A DNA stretch of 64,000 nt from Candidatus Limnocylindrales bacterium (GCA_038214375.1 JBBQRX010000012.1:6871-70870); one strand, 5' to 3'. Positions 1-8,044 are shown, counted from the first letter of the stretch. The notes: generated from the sequence alone by a model not told the origin. Translations and numbers: made by a program.

Positions 1-952
1 TCGCAATTCCGTCGGCGAATGCCCAGGCCAGCGTCGCGGAACCGTCGAGCGAGCCGGCGCGGTCGCGGATCGCGAACTCGACCCCGACGTCGCGGCCCGG
101 TTCGCCGAGCGGGAACCCGATCGCGAGCACGAGCCGGACGACCTGGTCGGCGACGAGGTCACCGACGTGGAGCACTCCACCCCGGGCACTGCGCTCGAAG
201 CGGTACGCGGCGAGGGGCTCGACGCGCAGCCCGTCGGGGCCCGAGATGCGCAGCTCGACGTCCTTCGCGGTGACCTCGAGCAACTCGCCGACCTCGCTGC
301 GGATCAGGGCCGGGATCTCCGCGGCGTTCGCGATGAACCGGAAGGCGCCACCGCCCGCATCGGCCATCGCCCCGAGCAGTCGCTCGTCGAAGTCCTCGCC
401 CACCCCGAAGGTCGAGGTGGAGACGCCGCGGGCCCGGAGCTCGCCCGCGTGGCGCTCGAGCTCGGTCCGGTCGGTGATGCCGGCGTTCGCGAGCCCGTCG
501 GTGAGGAGGAGGACGCGGTTCACGGCCTCGGGGTCGAGCGCCGAGGAGACCTGCTCCGCGCCACGCAGCCAGCCGCCACTCAGGTTCGTGCCTCCACGGG
601 GGCCGACATCCCGCAGCCGACGGATCGCGGCTTCCTTCGCCGTGGCGTCGGCGGTCCGGCCCGGCGCCACGACGTCGATCTCGGTGTCGTAGACGACGAC
701 CGCGAACCGGTCGGTGGCGGCCAGGCGCTCGATCCCCTCCCGGAGCGCATCCCGCGCGAGATCGAACTTGTTCCGGCCGCCCATCGACCCCGAGCGATCG
801 AGGACGAACGCGACGTTGACCCTCGGTCGGACCGGCGCGGCATTCGCGGGCGGCGCCGTGATCTCCACGAGCGCGTAGCGGGTGGAGTGGTGGATGGCGC
901 GGACCAGACGACGGTCGGTCCGGACGGTCAGGTTGGTGGTGTTCTCGGTCAT
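1..952 (-). CDS. von Willebrand factor type A (VWA) domain protein, C-terminus cut by window edge
   Basis: Minus-strand ORF absent from the track because it runs off the window. ATG at 952-950. My translation is MTENTTNLTVRTD...VNVAFVLDRSGSMGG...RVLLLTDGLANAG...STFGVGEDFDE, which shows the DxSxS...T...D MIDAS-type pattern of VWA domains. It starts 3 nt after the MerR stop codon. Confidence 0.8.
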   Translation of the reverse strand, partial: MTENTTNLTVRTDRRLVRAIHHSTRYALVEITAPPANAAPVRPRVNVAFVLDRSGSMGGRNKFDLARDALREGIERLAATDRFAVVVYDTEIDVVAPGRTADATAKEAAIRRLRDVGPRGGTNLSGGWLRGAEQVSSALDPEAVNRVLLLTDGLANAGITDRTELERHAGELRARGVSTSTFGVGEDFDERLLGAMADAGGGAFRFIANAAEIPALIRSEVGELLEVTAKDVELRISGPDGLRVEPLAAYRFERSARGGVLHVGDLVADQVVRLVLAIGFPLGEPGRDVGVEFAIRDRAGSLDGSATLAWAFADGIA

Positions 953-954
953 GG

Positions 955-1548
955 CTATTCCTCTTCTTTCAGCTGGCGGGCGAACGCGACGAGGCGATCG
1001 ACCATGCGGTTGGCCGGCCGGCTCAGCGGCCGGCGGACGTGGAGCTCGATATCGGGCGTGATGACGACCCGGTCCCAGTGCGAGCGCTCCCCGAGCGCGG
1101 CCCCGGGCCGTGGTGGGGGCATCGAGGCAGGCGGCTCGATCTCGCTCGGGAGCGGGTACGACGGGGCGGCGAGGATGTCGGCGTCTGGTTCGACGTATGA
1201 CGGAGGCGGCGCTCGCTCCTCGGACGCCGCGGGTGTCTCCCCGGCGAGGAGCGAGCGGACGTAGTCGAGGGCCGAGCCGGGCCTCGGCTGCTCCGTGTCG
1301 GTGCCCGCAAGGGCGATGACCTCGTCGTCGCCGAGGGATTCGAGCCGCGCCCGGATCGCCGCGAGCGGCTGGTGCGCGTCCCGCAGCCGGAGGATGAGCC
1401 GGAGCCGGGCGAGCGTGGTATCCGGGTATCGGGTGGAGGGACCCTCCTTGCCGGGCGAGGGGATGAGGCCCTCGGCGACGTAGTAGCGGATCGTCCGGAC
1501 CGGCAGCCCGGTCAGGGCGGAGAGCTCGGACAGGCTGTAGTCGGGCAT
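955..1548 (-). CDS. MerR-family transcriptional regulator with a long Pro-rich C-terminal extension
   Basis: Track ORF 955-1626. Start moved to ATG 1548 (MPDYSLSELSALTGLPVRTIRYYVAEGLIPSP...), a typical MerR HTH N-terminus. A promoter sits directly upstream. Confidence 0.85.
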   Translation of the reverse strand: MPDYSLSELSALTGLPVRTIRYYVAEGLIPSPGKEGPSTRYPDTTLARLRLILRLRDAHQPLAAIRARLESLGDDEVIALAGTDTEQPRPGSALDYVRSLLAGETPAASEERAPPPSYVEPDADILAAPSYPLPSEIEPPASMPPPRPGAALGERSHWDRVVITPDIELHVRRPLSRPANRMVDRLVAFARQLKEEE

Positions 1549-1554
1549 GGCCGA

Positions 1555-1583
1555 ATGATACCAGTGCACAGTGTCACTGTCAA
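1555..1583 (-). promoter_or_regulatory. candidate sigma-70-type promoter plus dyad operator of the MerR-VWA operon (leaderless-type)
   Basis: Minus strand reads TTGACA (1583-1578), 17 nt, TATCAT (1560-1555), then 6 nt to the ATG. A perfect dyad ACAGTG-T-CACTGT (1568-1580) overlaps the -35 and spacer. Confidence 0.55.
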
Positions 1584-1650
1584 TACTTCGGCGCCCGTTT
1601 GGGCGCGATCCGAGGCCGGGCGACACGCCCTGCCGGCCGACCTTGATCGC

Positions 1651-2325
1651 TCAGCCGCACTCGTGGCTCAGGCCGCAGTAGGCAGCGACGTAGAGCACCT
1701 CCACTCGCTCGGCGTGCCAGGCGTACGCGCTGAGGCGATGGTCCGCGAGCGGCTCCCCGCAGCCGGCGCAGCCGTTGTGGTTGTCGCAGCGACAGGCGAC
1801 ATCGACAACGACAGGCGGCCCGTCGAGGTCCGGCAGGACGTGGAGCACGAGGTCCTCGCCGCGCGGCTGATCGCAGGCGGGACACCGCCGCAAGCCCGGC
1901 GGGAGACCGTCGACGCGCGGCCCTGAGAGCCGGGCGATCTCGGAGGGCTCTGCGACGCGGCCGCCCTCGAGCCCGTCGCCGACGAGATATCCGCGGTTCT
2001 TCTGGCGATCGATGTACGCGCGGAGCACGGCCCGGCGAGTCGCTTGCTCGGCGGTGTCGGGGATCGGTCCGGCGACGACGAGACGGTCGGTCACCGCGAT
2101 CCCCGTCGGGACGAACGTCGCCGCGCGCGTCGCGCCGTCCGGGGTGACGAACACGGCGTCGGCGGGGCCGAGGCAGAGGCACGTCTCGAGCTGGTTCGCG
2201 CCGGCCTGGCGGCGCCCGAGGTCCACAAGGCGGTCGCGCGACCAGTCCGCGGGGACGACCGCGAGGTGACGGAGGGCCGTCCGGCCGATCCGCGTGACTA
2301 GGTACGGGTAACCGTCGAACGGCAT
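1651..2325 (-). CDS. hypothetical protein with C-terminal Cys-rich (zinc-ribbon-like) module, paralogous to 8025-8477
   Basis: Track ORF 1651-2418. Start set at ATG 2325 (MPFDGYPYLV...); a GTG at 2418 is also possible. The C-terminus LPPGLRRCPACDQPRG...VACRCDNHNGCAGCGE...YCGLSHEC aligns with the Cys pattern of 8025-8477. Confidence 0.6.
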   Translation of the reverse strand: MPFDGYPYLVTRIGRTALRHLAVVPADWSRDRLVDLGRRQAGANQLETCLCLGPADAVFVTPDGATRAATFVPTGIAVTDRLVVAGPIPDTAEQATRRAVLRAYIDRQKNRGYLVGDGLEGGRVAEPSEIARLSGPRVDGLPPGLRRCPACDQPRGEDLVLHVLPDLDGPPVVVDVACRCDNHNGCAGCGEPLADHRLSAYAWHAERVEVLYVAAYCGLSHECG

Positions 2326-2363
2326 CGCGATCCGCGACACCGGGCGGGAGCGGCTTGCAACCT

Positions 2364-3146
2364 TCACTGCAGCCGGATCCGTGTCATGCGCTCGCAGCGG
2401 GCGATGTCCGGCAGGCACGTCGTCAGGACGAGCCCGGTCGCGCCGGCGGGGATCTCGAACGTGGCCCAGCCCTCGGCGGGCGTAGGGCCGAGGCCGGAGC
2501 AGCCCACGAGCTCGGGCTGGCGCTGCTGGTCGAGGTACGCGTAGGTGGACGCGCCGCTCCCGGTCTCGAGCTCAAAGTCGGCGCTGCTCGCGCAGCCGCT
2601 CAGGTCGTCGGGCATCGCCACCGCGAGGTACACGGTGACGAGGCGCGACCCCGACGTCGCGTACCAGCTCGGGCGCCACCGCTCGACCTTGACCACGGTG
2701 ACGGCCCAGCCGCTCCCGAGCGAGACCCGTGTCCCGGTCTCGGGCAACGGCCGCGGCGTCGGCTTCGCGGTCGGCTTCGGGGTCGGCTTTGGCTTCGGGG
2801 TCGCCTTCGGCCTCGGCGTGGCCTTCGCGGTCGGGGTCGCGGTCGGCATCGGGGTCGCCTGAAGGGCCGGAGTCGCGCTCGGCACGCCGACGAAGCCGGG
2901 CACCTCCGTGGCGAACGGCGGCTGCCCGGGGACGTACCCCCCGTACTGGCTCGGGGAGAACACGCCGAGGAGCACGGCCCCGCCGAGGAGCAGGCCGCCG
3001 ATGAGCAGGACCAGGCTGCAGCCCGCCCGGAACAGCCGGTCGGGGTCGATCCGGCCCGCGTCGATCTCGCGCCACAGGAAGAGCGCGAAGAGGACCTGGC
3101 CCAGGTTGAAGCCGTTGCGGTCGTCGCCGTTGCCGTTGGGAAACAT
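2364..3146 (-). CDS. single-pass membrane protein with Pro/Thr/Lys-rich linker and beta-rich extracytoplasmic domain (DUF4352-like impression)
   Basis: C-terminal part of track ORF 2364-4121. ATG at 3146 (MFPNGNGDD...). It has a TM helix LVLLIGGLLLGGAVLLGVF and a linker TPRPKATPKPKPTPKPTAKPTPRP. The family call is from memory and unverified. Confidence 0.65.
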   Translation of the reverse strand: MFPNGNGDDRNGFNLGQVLFALFLWREIDAGRIDPDRLFRAGCSLVLLIGGLLLGGAVLLGVFSPSQYGGYVPGQPPFATEVPGFVGVPSATPALQATPMPTATPTAKATPRPKATPKPKPTPKPTAKPTPRPLPETGTRVSLGSGWAVTVVKVERWRPSWYATSGSRLVTVYLAVAMPDDLSGCASSADFELETGSGASTYAYLDQQRQPELVGCSGLGPTPAEGWATFEIPAGATGLVLTTCLPDIARCERMTRIRLQ

Positions 3147-3160
3147 CGCCGCGGCCCCGG

Positions 3161-5620
3161 TCAGTTCATCAGCCGAGGGCCGGTCGGCCCGGGGCGGGGG
3201 CCGGCGGTCGCGGGTTCGGGGTCGAGCCCCGGGCGGGTCGGCATCACGACATCCCCGATCGCGCGTCCGGTGTCCTCGAGGTTGCCGCTCCGGCGGAGGT
3301 CGCCGGGCGACTCGAGGTCCCAGGACCCCGTCGCGTTGCCGCGCAGGTCGTTGCCCTCGAAGACGCCGCCTGCCCCATCCGACACGTTGACGCCGGCCGA
3401 GGTGCCGCCGAAGACGACGTTGCCCCGGAAGGTCGGGCAGGTGGCGGGATCGGCGACCCAGATCCCCGCGATGTCGCCCGCCGCGAGCCGGTTGCGCTCG
3501 TACGTCCCGCGGCCGCCACGGCGGACGACGATGCCCGAGGCGTGGCCGGTCGCGATCGTGTTGTCCGTGACGATCGGGTCGCTCCCCTCCCCCACAACGC
3601 CGATCCCGACGTGCGCGTTTCCCGCGACCTCGTTCGCCTCGATCGTCGGGCTGGCGCCCTCGTCGACGACGATGCCGGACTCGTTTCGGGTCACCCGGTT
3701 CCGGGCGACCCGGACGCCGCGCCCGCCGCGGACGACGATCCCGGGGCCGCCGTTCCCGGTCACGGTCGAGTCGATGACCGTCGACGACGGGGCTGCGGCG
3801 TAGAAGGCGATCCCGACGCCTGCGTTTCCGCGGACCTCGGTGCGTTCGACGCGGAGCGTGCCGCCCTGGAGCGCGACGATCCCGTCGGCCAGGTTGTCGA
3901 CGACCTCGCAGTCCTCGAGCGAGAGCGAGGCACCCGGCCCGCCGACCGCGATCGGCCAGCGGTTGCCGGCGACGCGACACGCCGCCATCTCGGCACGTCC
4001 CTCCTCGACGACCCAGACCGCGTTCTGGGCGCCGCCGCTGAGCGAGCAGCCGAGGATGACCGCGCGCGACGATGGGCCGCCGACCCACACGGTCGCCCCG
4101 AGATGGCTCGTGAGGTCGCACTCAATGATCGTCGCCTCGACGTCGTGGACGGCGATCGCCGACCAGAGCTCGCCGTCGTTGCCGGCCCGCGCCGGGCGGA
4201 TCGTCAGTCCCCCGACGCGCGCGCCCGACGCGGCGAAGCCGAGCGCCTCGCCGCCGACCGGCTCGAGGACAATCATCTCGACCTCCCCTTCGCCCTCGAT
4301 CGTGACGGCCCGGTCCACGACGACCGGCTTCCGGTACGACCCCGGGCGGACGCGGATCCGGTCACCGTCCTCCGCGGCGGCGACGGCGTCGTCGATCTCG
4401 GCGAAGGCTGCCGGGTCGCAGGGATCCACGACGAGCTCCCGCGGCGTGCGCCGTTCTTCGCTCGCGGAGCGCGGTCGGGGGGTACGCGAGGCGGGCCCGA
4501 ACGACCGCTCGGACCAGGGAATCGCGGTCTCGGCGGAGTCGGCTGCCCCGTCGTCGCCGGCGGGTGCCCCGGTCGCCGGTTCGGTGGTCGCATCGTCCTC
4601 TTCGGGCGGCTCGTCGTCGGGGTGCCGGGAGGACGCCGCGGCCTCGAGCCAGGGCAGTCGCTCGCCTGCGAACATCGCCCGGACGGCTCCCCAGGCGAGC
4701 AGGTTGCGGATCACCAGGAGCGCCACCTCGTCCTGGATGTCGCCGAGCAGGATGCCCGGGAAGAACGCGGCGTGGACGATTCGTCCGGCGTCCGACGCCC
4801 AGGCACCGAGTGCGTGCGGCCGGTGCTCACCGTGCCAGTCCGAGGACTCCGCGAGGTTGAGCGCGTTCGCGAGCCACGGGCCGCGGACGAGCCCCGTGCG
4901 GCGGGGCAGCATCAGTCGGACCAGGGCGCCCGGACCGAGGATCGGATGCTCGGTCGAAGTGATCCCCCAGAGCGCCGGCTCCTGCCCGACCGTGACGGGC
5001 ACGACCAGGACCTTGCCCTCGTCATCGAGGGAGACGGCCACCCCGTCGGCCGCCAGCGCCGCCGCCACGCCGCGCAGGACGGCCGGCGTGAAGGGCGACG
5101 GCTCGGTCGGCGGTCGGAAGGCCAGGCTCAGCATGTCGTCGGGGTCGCTCCGCGGGCCGGAGGTCGGGTGCGCGTCGTCGTCGAGCGGACGGCCGTCGGC
5201 CGCATCGGGGACGCCGAGCCAGGCGAGCGATGCCTGGAGCGCGACCGCCATCGAGACGTATCGCCCGAGCCAGGGGGCGATCTCCTCGTACACGAATGCC
5301 CCGCAGCGTGCCGACACGGTCCGGTCGTCGGGATCGAAGGCGTACGCGCTCATGGGCTGCAGCGCGTTCATCGCGTTGACGAGCGCATACGTCGCGGGCT
5401 CGTCGGGCTGGTCGCGGAACGCCGGCGTCCGGGCGCGGACCTGCCAGAGCGTCTCGCTGTCCGAGCGGACTGCCTTTTCGGCCCAGACCCGCTGGCGGCA
5501 CCAGGCGCCCCACCAGGTGAAGCCGCGCGCCTCGCGGACCGACCACGGCTCGTCGATGGCCATGTCGCGAAAGACCCGCTCGACGGTCTCGAGGCCGAAG
5601 TCGGGCTTCCGGCGCGTCAT
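3161..5620 (-). CDS. 819-aa protein: unassigned N-terminal half plus C-terminal right-handed parallel beta-helix repeats (NosD/pectin-lyase-fold-like); no signal peptide
   Basis: Track ORF 3161-5824. Start set at ATG 5620 (MTRRKPDFG...), which overlaps the upstream uORF stop (ATGA). The C-terminal ~400 aa are degenerate ~22-aa repeats (..GN..xGI.V....) typical of parallel beta-helix repeats. Confidence 0.75.
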   Translation of the reverse strand: MTRRKPDFGLETVERVFRDMAIDEPWSVREARGFTWWGAWCRQRVWAEKAVRSDSETLWQVRARTPAFRDQPDEPATYALVNAMNALQPMSAYAFDPDDRTVSARCGAFVYEEIAPWLGRYVSMAVALQASLAWLGVPDAADGRPLDDDAHPTSGPRSDPDDMLSLAFRPPTEPSPFTPAVLRGVAAALAADGVAVSLDDEGKVLVVPVTVGQEPALWGITSTEHPILGPGALVRLMLPRRTGLVRGPWLANALNLAESSDWHGEHRPHALGAWASDAGRIVHAAFFPGILLGDIQDEVALLVIRNLLAWGAVRAMFAGERLPWLEAAASSRHPDDEPPEEDDATTEPATGAPAGDDGAADSAETAIPWSERSFGPASRTPRPRSASEERRTPRELVVDPCDPAAFAEIDDAVAAAEDGDRIRVRPGSYRKPVVVDRAVTIEGEGEVEMIVLEPVGGEALGFAASGARVGGLTIRPARAGNDGELWSAIAVHDVEATIIECDLTSHLGATVWVGGPSSRAVILGCSLSGGAQNAVWVVEEGRAEMAACRVAGNRWPIAVGGPGASLSLEDCEVVDNLADGIVALQGGTLRVERTEVRGNAGVGIAFYAAAPSSTVIDSTVTGNGGPGIVVRGGRGVRVARNRVTRNESGIVVDEGASPTIEANEVAGNAHVGIGVVGEGSDPIVTDNTIATGHASGIVVRRGGRGTYERNRLAAGDIAGIWVADPATCPTFRGNVVFGGTSAGVNVSDGAGGVFEGNDLRGNATGSWDLESPGDLRRSGNLEDTGRAIGDVVMPTRPGLDPEPATAGPRPGPTGPRLMN

Positions 5621-5715
5621 CGCGAACCCCCGAGCGATCGCCCGGCGCGCGGCCGACGTCGGCGCGGAGGGGCAGGAGGAAGATCGACCAGGAGACGGAC
5701 GTTCAGGGCGTGCAT
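5617..5715 (-). CDS. 32-codon upstream ORF (MHALNVRLLVDLPPAPPRRRRPRAGRSLGGSR), possibly the remnant of a displaced gene start
   Basis: The ATG at 5715 sits behind the conserved SD AAGGGAG of element E1. It is positionally equivalent to the start of the 141-aa gene behind E2 (ATG-CAC-GCC versus ATG-AAC-GCC). Its TGA overlaps the ATG of 3161-5620. Confidence 0.3.
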   Translation of the reverse strand: MHALNVRLLVDLPPAPPRRRRPRAGRSLGGSR

Positions 5716-5887
5716 CGGGTGGCTCCCTTTCGGTTCCCGGCGGGAGTAGGAGGCCGCACCTCCCCCTTTCCCCCGCCGGACTTGATCGAATCGTCGCTGT
5801 CGCGCGTGCCAGCTTGTGTGGCACGGCCGGTGCGTTCGGGCACCGGAAGCGAGGCGTTCCGGGCGGTCAGGCCTTCAGGCGCCTGGC
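5716..5887 (-). repeat. copy E1 of a ~170-nt conserved hairpin-rich intercistronic element (candidate structured RNA or leader)
   Basis: Aligns end to end with 7874-8044. Conserved hairpins are GGAGG/CCTCC (5749-5763), GTGCCA/TGGCAC (5806-5824), CCGGTGC/GCACCGG (5827-5846) and an enclosing CCGGCGGG/CCCGCCGG stem (5737-5779). The mRNA-sense purine tract GGGGGAAAGGGGGAGG is invariant. Confidence 0.7.
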
Positions 5888-6018
5888 ACGTCGCGGCGGG
5901 CGGCGGGGCTGGCCGGCTCGTGCTCGGCCCCGTCGGCGAGGACGGCGGGGCGACCAGCCGCACGCTCGGTCAGCCCGGCCCGCCGCGCCACGCCGTATCC
6001 GCCCCGGCGCGGCGTCAT
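5875..6018 (-). pseudogene. remnant of the tail of a third Cys-rich-module gene
   Basis: The 47-codon ORF MTPRRGGYGVARRAGLTERAAGRPAVLADGAEHEPAS... resembles the C-terminal tail of 8025-8477 (...AAYQAEVTRLTHAEVDGRR...GAEVDEPS...). The neighbouring frame still ends ...RRLKA* exactly like 8025-8477. The Cys-rich part is missing. Confidence 0.4.
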
Positions 6019-6095
6019 CGCCGTTTCGCATCGGCTCTCACGTTCGGGAGCATTGGGGCGATGCGGGCCGAAGGCGAGGCCTGTACGAGCTCGTC

Positions 6096-7451
6096 TCATG
6101 TCTCCACCGCCGGTCGGTACTCGACGGCTCCCAGGCCGAATGTCCAGGCGACCGCCTCGCGCGCGGTCGTCATCGTCGGCGGCACGCGCAGGAAGTAGGT
6201 CTTCCGCGAGCCGTCGGGCTCGGGCGTCGAGTTCACGACCTCGACCATCACCACCGGCTCGAGGCGCGGGCCGCCCCACCCGTGGACCGGGTCGAGCTGG
6301 CGGCGCCACAGCCGGCCCGCCTCATCCGCATCGACGAGCTCCGCGCCGCCCTCCCGGACCAGGCGCTCCTCGCCGAACCGCTCGACGAGCACCCGCCGGA
6401 TCTCGATGTTAGGTTCGGCGTCGATCGTCCCGATTGTGATCCGGCCCGGATCGGTGATCAGCCACGGTTCGACCGCGACACCGTGCCAGGAGTAGACCTC
6501 GTGGCCGTCAGCCCACGCGATCGCCGGGCCGTTGGAGCAATGCGGGCGGCCGCGATCGTCGCGGCGCAGGACGAGCGGGCGCTCCGAGAGGATCGCGAGG
6601 CCTTCGAGCGCCCACCACGGCCCGGCCGATCGGGCGAGCTCGAGACGGATGTCGACCTGCGCCTCCCGCTCGGCGTGGCCGGCGCGATGGCGCCAGAGGC
6701 TGCCGCCAAACACGTCGCGGGCGGCAGCGAGGACGGGGGTGACGGCGTCCCACTGGCCCGGCTGCATGGCCTGGAGGGCGTAGCGCCGCCGGCGTCGATC
6801 GGTCAACACCTCCACTGCGAGCCTTCGCGTCGCCTCCGCGAAGAGGCCCCGGGCGAGGTCGGACCCGAGCACCTCGACGAAGCGTGGCCAGGCGACGCCG
6901 AGGACGCCGGCGGCCACGTCGACGGCCGAGTCGCTGATCGGTCTAGCCGGGACCTCGAGGCGTGGCGATGCACCCGATGCCGCTGCACGGATGAAGGACA
7001 GCAGGCGGGCGGTGTCGCCGAGGCCGAGTGCCTCGACGGACTCGCCAAGCGGCTCGACGTCCCTGCCCCGGGTCCGGCGGCCGGCCCGGATCCGGTCCCG
7101 CACGCCGATGACCAGCCGACGGGTCCAGGCGGGCTCGATGGCGAACGGCTCGGCGAGAGCGTTGAAGTCGCGGTTGTCTCCGGTGCCCACGTCTCCCCGG
7201 GCGTGGGGGCTGAGAATCCCGGGGAGTCCGAGGGATGCGAAGGCGTAGGCGAGGATGCCGGCCGCCGGGGATGGCACCCAGGCAATCGTCGGTGCCGGCG
7301 TACCGGCCGCGGCGTAGAGCGCCGCGATTGCCGCCTCGGCCCGCGGGCGATCGGCCGGGTCGGTGCAGCCGGCTGCCGCGCGCCACTCGTCGTCCCATGC
7401 GGCCCTCCGACGGAGCAGCTCGTCGCCCTCGGGGCGCTTCGGGCCGCCCAT
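6096..7451 (-). CDS. 452-aa hypothetical protein (family not assigned)
   Basis: Track ORF 6096-7805. Start set at ATG 7451 (MGGPKRPEGDELLRRRAAWDDEW...), which overlaps the stop of the upstream gene (ATGA). The C-terminus ...VVNSTPEPDGSRKTYFLRVPPTMTTAREAVAWTFGL... recalls a widespread DUF family I cannot name with certainty. Confidence 0.7.
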   Translation of the reverse strand: MGGPKRPEGDELLRRRAAWDDEWRAAAGCTDPADRPRAEAAIAALYAAAGTPAPTIAWVPSPAAGILAYAFASLGLPGILSPHARGDVGTGDNRDFNALAEPFAIEPAWTRRLVIGVRDRIRAGRRTRGRDVEPLGESVEALGLGDTARLLSFIRAAASGASPRLEVPARPISDSAVDVAAGVLGVAWPRFVEVLGSDLARGLFAEATRRLAVEVLTDRRRRRYALQAMQPGQWDAVTPVLAAARDVFGGSLWRHRAGHAEREAQVDIRLELARSAGPWWALEGLAILSERPLVLRRDDRGRPHCSNGPAIAWADGHEVYSWHGVAVEPWLITDPGRITIGTIDAEPNIEIRRVLVERFGEERLVREGGAELVDADEAGRLWRRQLDPVHGWGGPRLEPVVMVEVVNSTPEPDGSRKTYFLRVPPTMTTAREAVAWTFGLGAVEYRPAVET

Positions 7452-7873
7452 CAGTCGGCCACGCGCCGGAAGGCGACCGGCGAGACCTCGGGCGGGACGT
7501 ATTCGCGCTGGATGACGACGCGATACGTGCCCGGCACGACGTCGATGGCCGCGTGCTCCTCGTGATCGAGGGTAACCGGGGCTGCGACGCGGAGGTACCG
7601 GTCCGCGCCCGAGACCAGGAGTGTCGCGGCGGACGAACGGATGGCGTGGGCGTGGCCGGTCGCCTCGCCCTCGGCAAGGACGGCCCGTCCGCTCATGCGT
7701 CTGACGGGGTGGGCATCGGCTGGGACGGCCGCTACCGGAACGAGCAGGACATCGCCCTGGCGGACCTGGAGCGGGGTGGGCGAGGGGCCGGTTGCGGGCA
7801 CGCACGCGGAGTCGGGCCCGGGCGCCACGGGGCTGTCGGGAGCCGTCGGGGAAACGGGTTCGGAGGCGTTCAT
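7451..7873 (-). CDS. 141-aa hypothetical protein with a small beta-barrel/cupin-like impression
   Basis: Track ORF 7451-8002. Start set at ATG 7873 (MNASEPV...), which follows the SD GAAGGGA of element E2. It has a Pro-rich N-terminus, then QGDVLLVPV...LAEGEATGHAH...DHEEH. Confidence 0.65.
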   Translation of the reverse strand: MNASEPVSPTAPDSPVAPGPDSACVPATGPSPTPLQVRQGDVLLVPVAAVPADAHPVRRMSGRAVLAEGEATGHAHAIRSSAATLLVSGADRYLRVAAPVTLDHEEHAAIDVVPGTYRVVIQREYVPPEVSPVAFRRVAD

Positions 7874-8044
7874 CTTGTCGTCCCTTCGGGTGCCGGGCGG
7901 GGGTCGGAGGCCGTACCTCCCCCTTTCCCCCACGCCTGACTTGATCAAATGGTCGGTGTCGGCTGTGCCAGCTCGTATGGCACGGGCGGTGCCGGCAGGC
8001 ACCGGAAGCCGCGCGTTCGGGCCGTCAGGCCTTCAGGCGCCTGC
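7874..8044 (-). repeat. copy E2 of the ~170-nt conserved hairpin-rich intercistronic element
   Basis: Aligns with 5716-5887. Hairpins are at 7906-7920, 7965-7983 and 7987-8004, with an enclosing stem at 7896-7936. Stems are kept while loop bases differ. It spans from the last codons of 8025-8477 to the ATG at 7873. Confidence 0.7.

Noticed and set aside
5749-5790. The C-rich plus-strand face of the element (CCTCCCCCTTTCCCCC) as a 6C-type actinobacterial sRNA.
   Set aside because: 6C RNAs have two hairpins with C-rich loops and are free-standing. Here the C-tract sits in an internal loop and the element is embedded in an operon. I cannot match it to the 6C consensus from memory. This remains a possibility only if the plus strand is transcribed.
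3840-7565. Very long plus-strand ORF (1241 aa). Similar giants occur at 16793-19762 (-), 55562-58522 (+), 55776-59120 (+), 59463-62285 (+) and 23229-25358 (-).
   Set aside because: Their composition is Arg/Pro/Ala/Gly-rich with no motifs. They lie antisense to, or out of frame with, genes that have clear family signatures. These are typical stop-poor shadow ORFs of high-GC DNA.
5716-8044. E1/E2 as the template and variable repeats of a diversity-generating retroelement.
   Set aside because: There is no reverse transcriptase gene in the window. The mismatches are not restricted to adenine positions. Neither copy lies in the 3' end of a plausible target gene.
5716-8044. E1/E2 as integron attC sites or MITEs.
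   Set aside because: There is no integrase or transposase and no terminal inverted repeats. I saw no target-site duplications and no GTTRRRY-type cores. The cassette-swapping idea is kept only as an inference.
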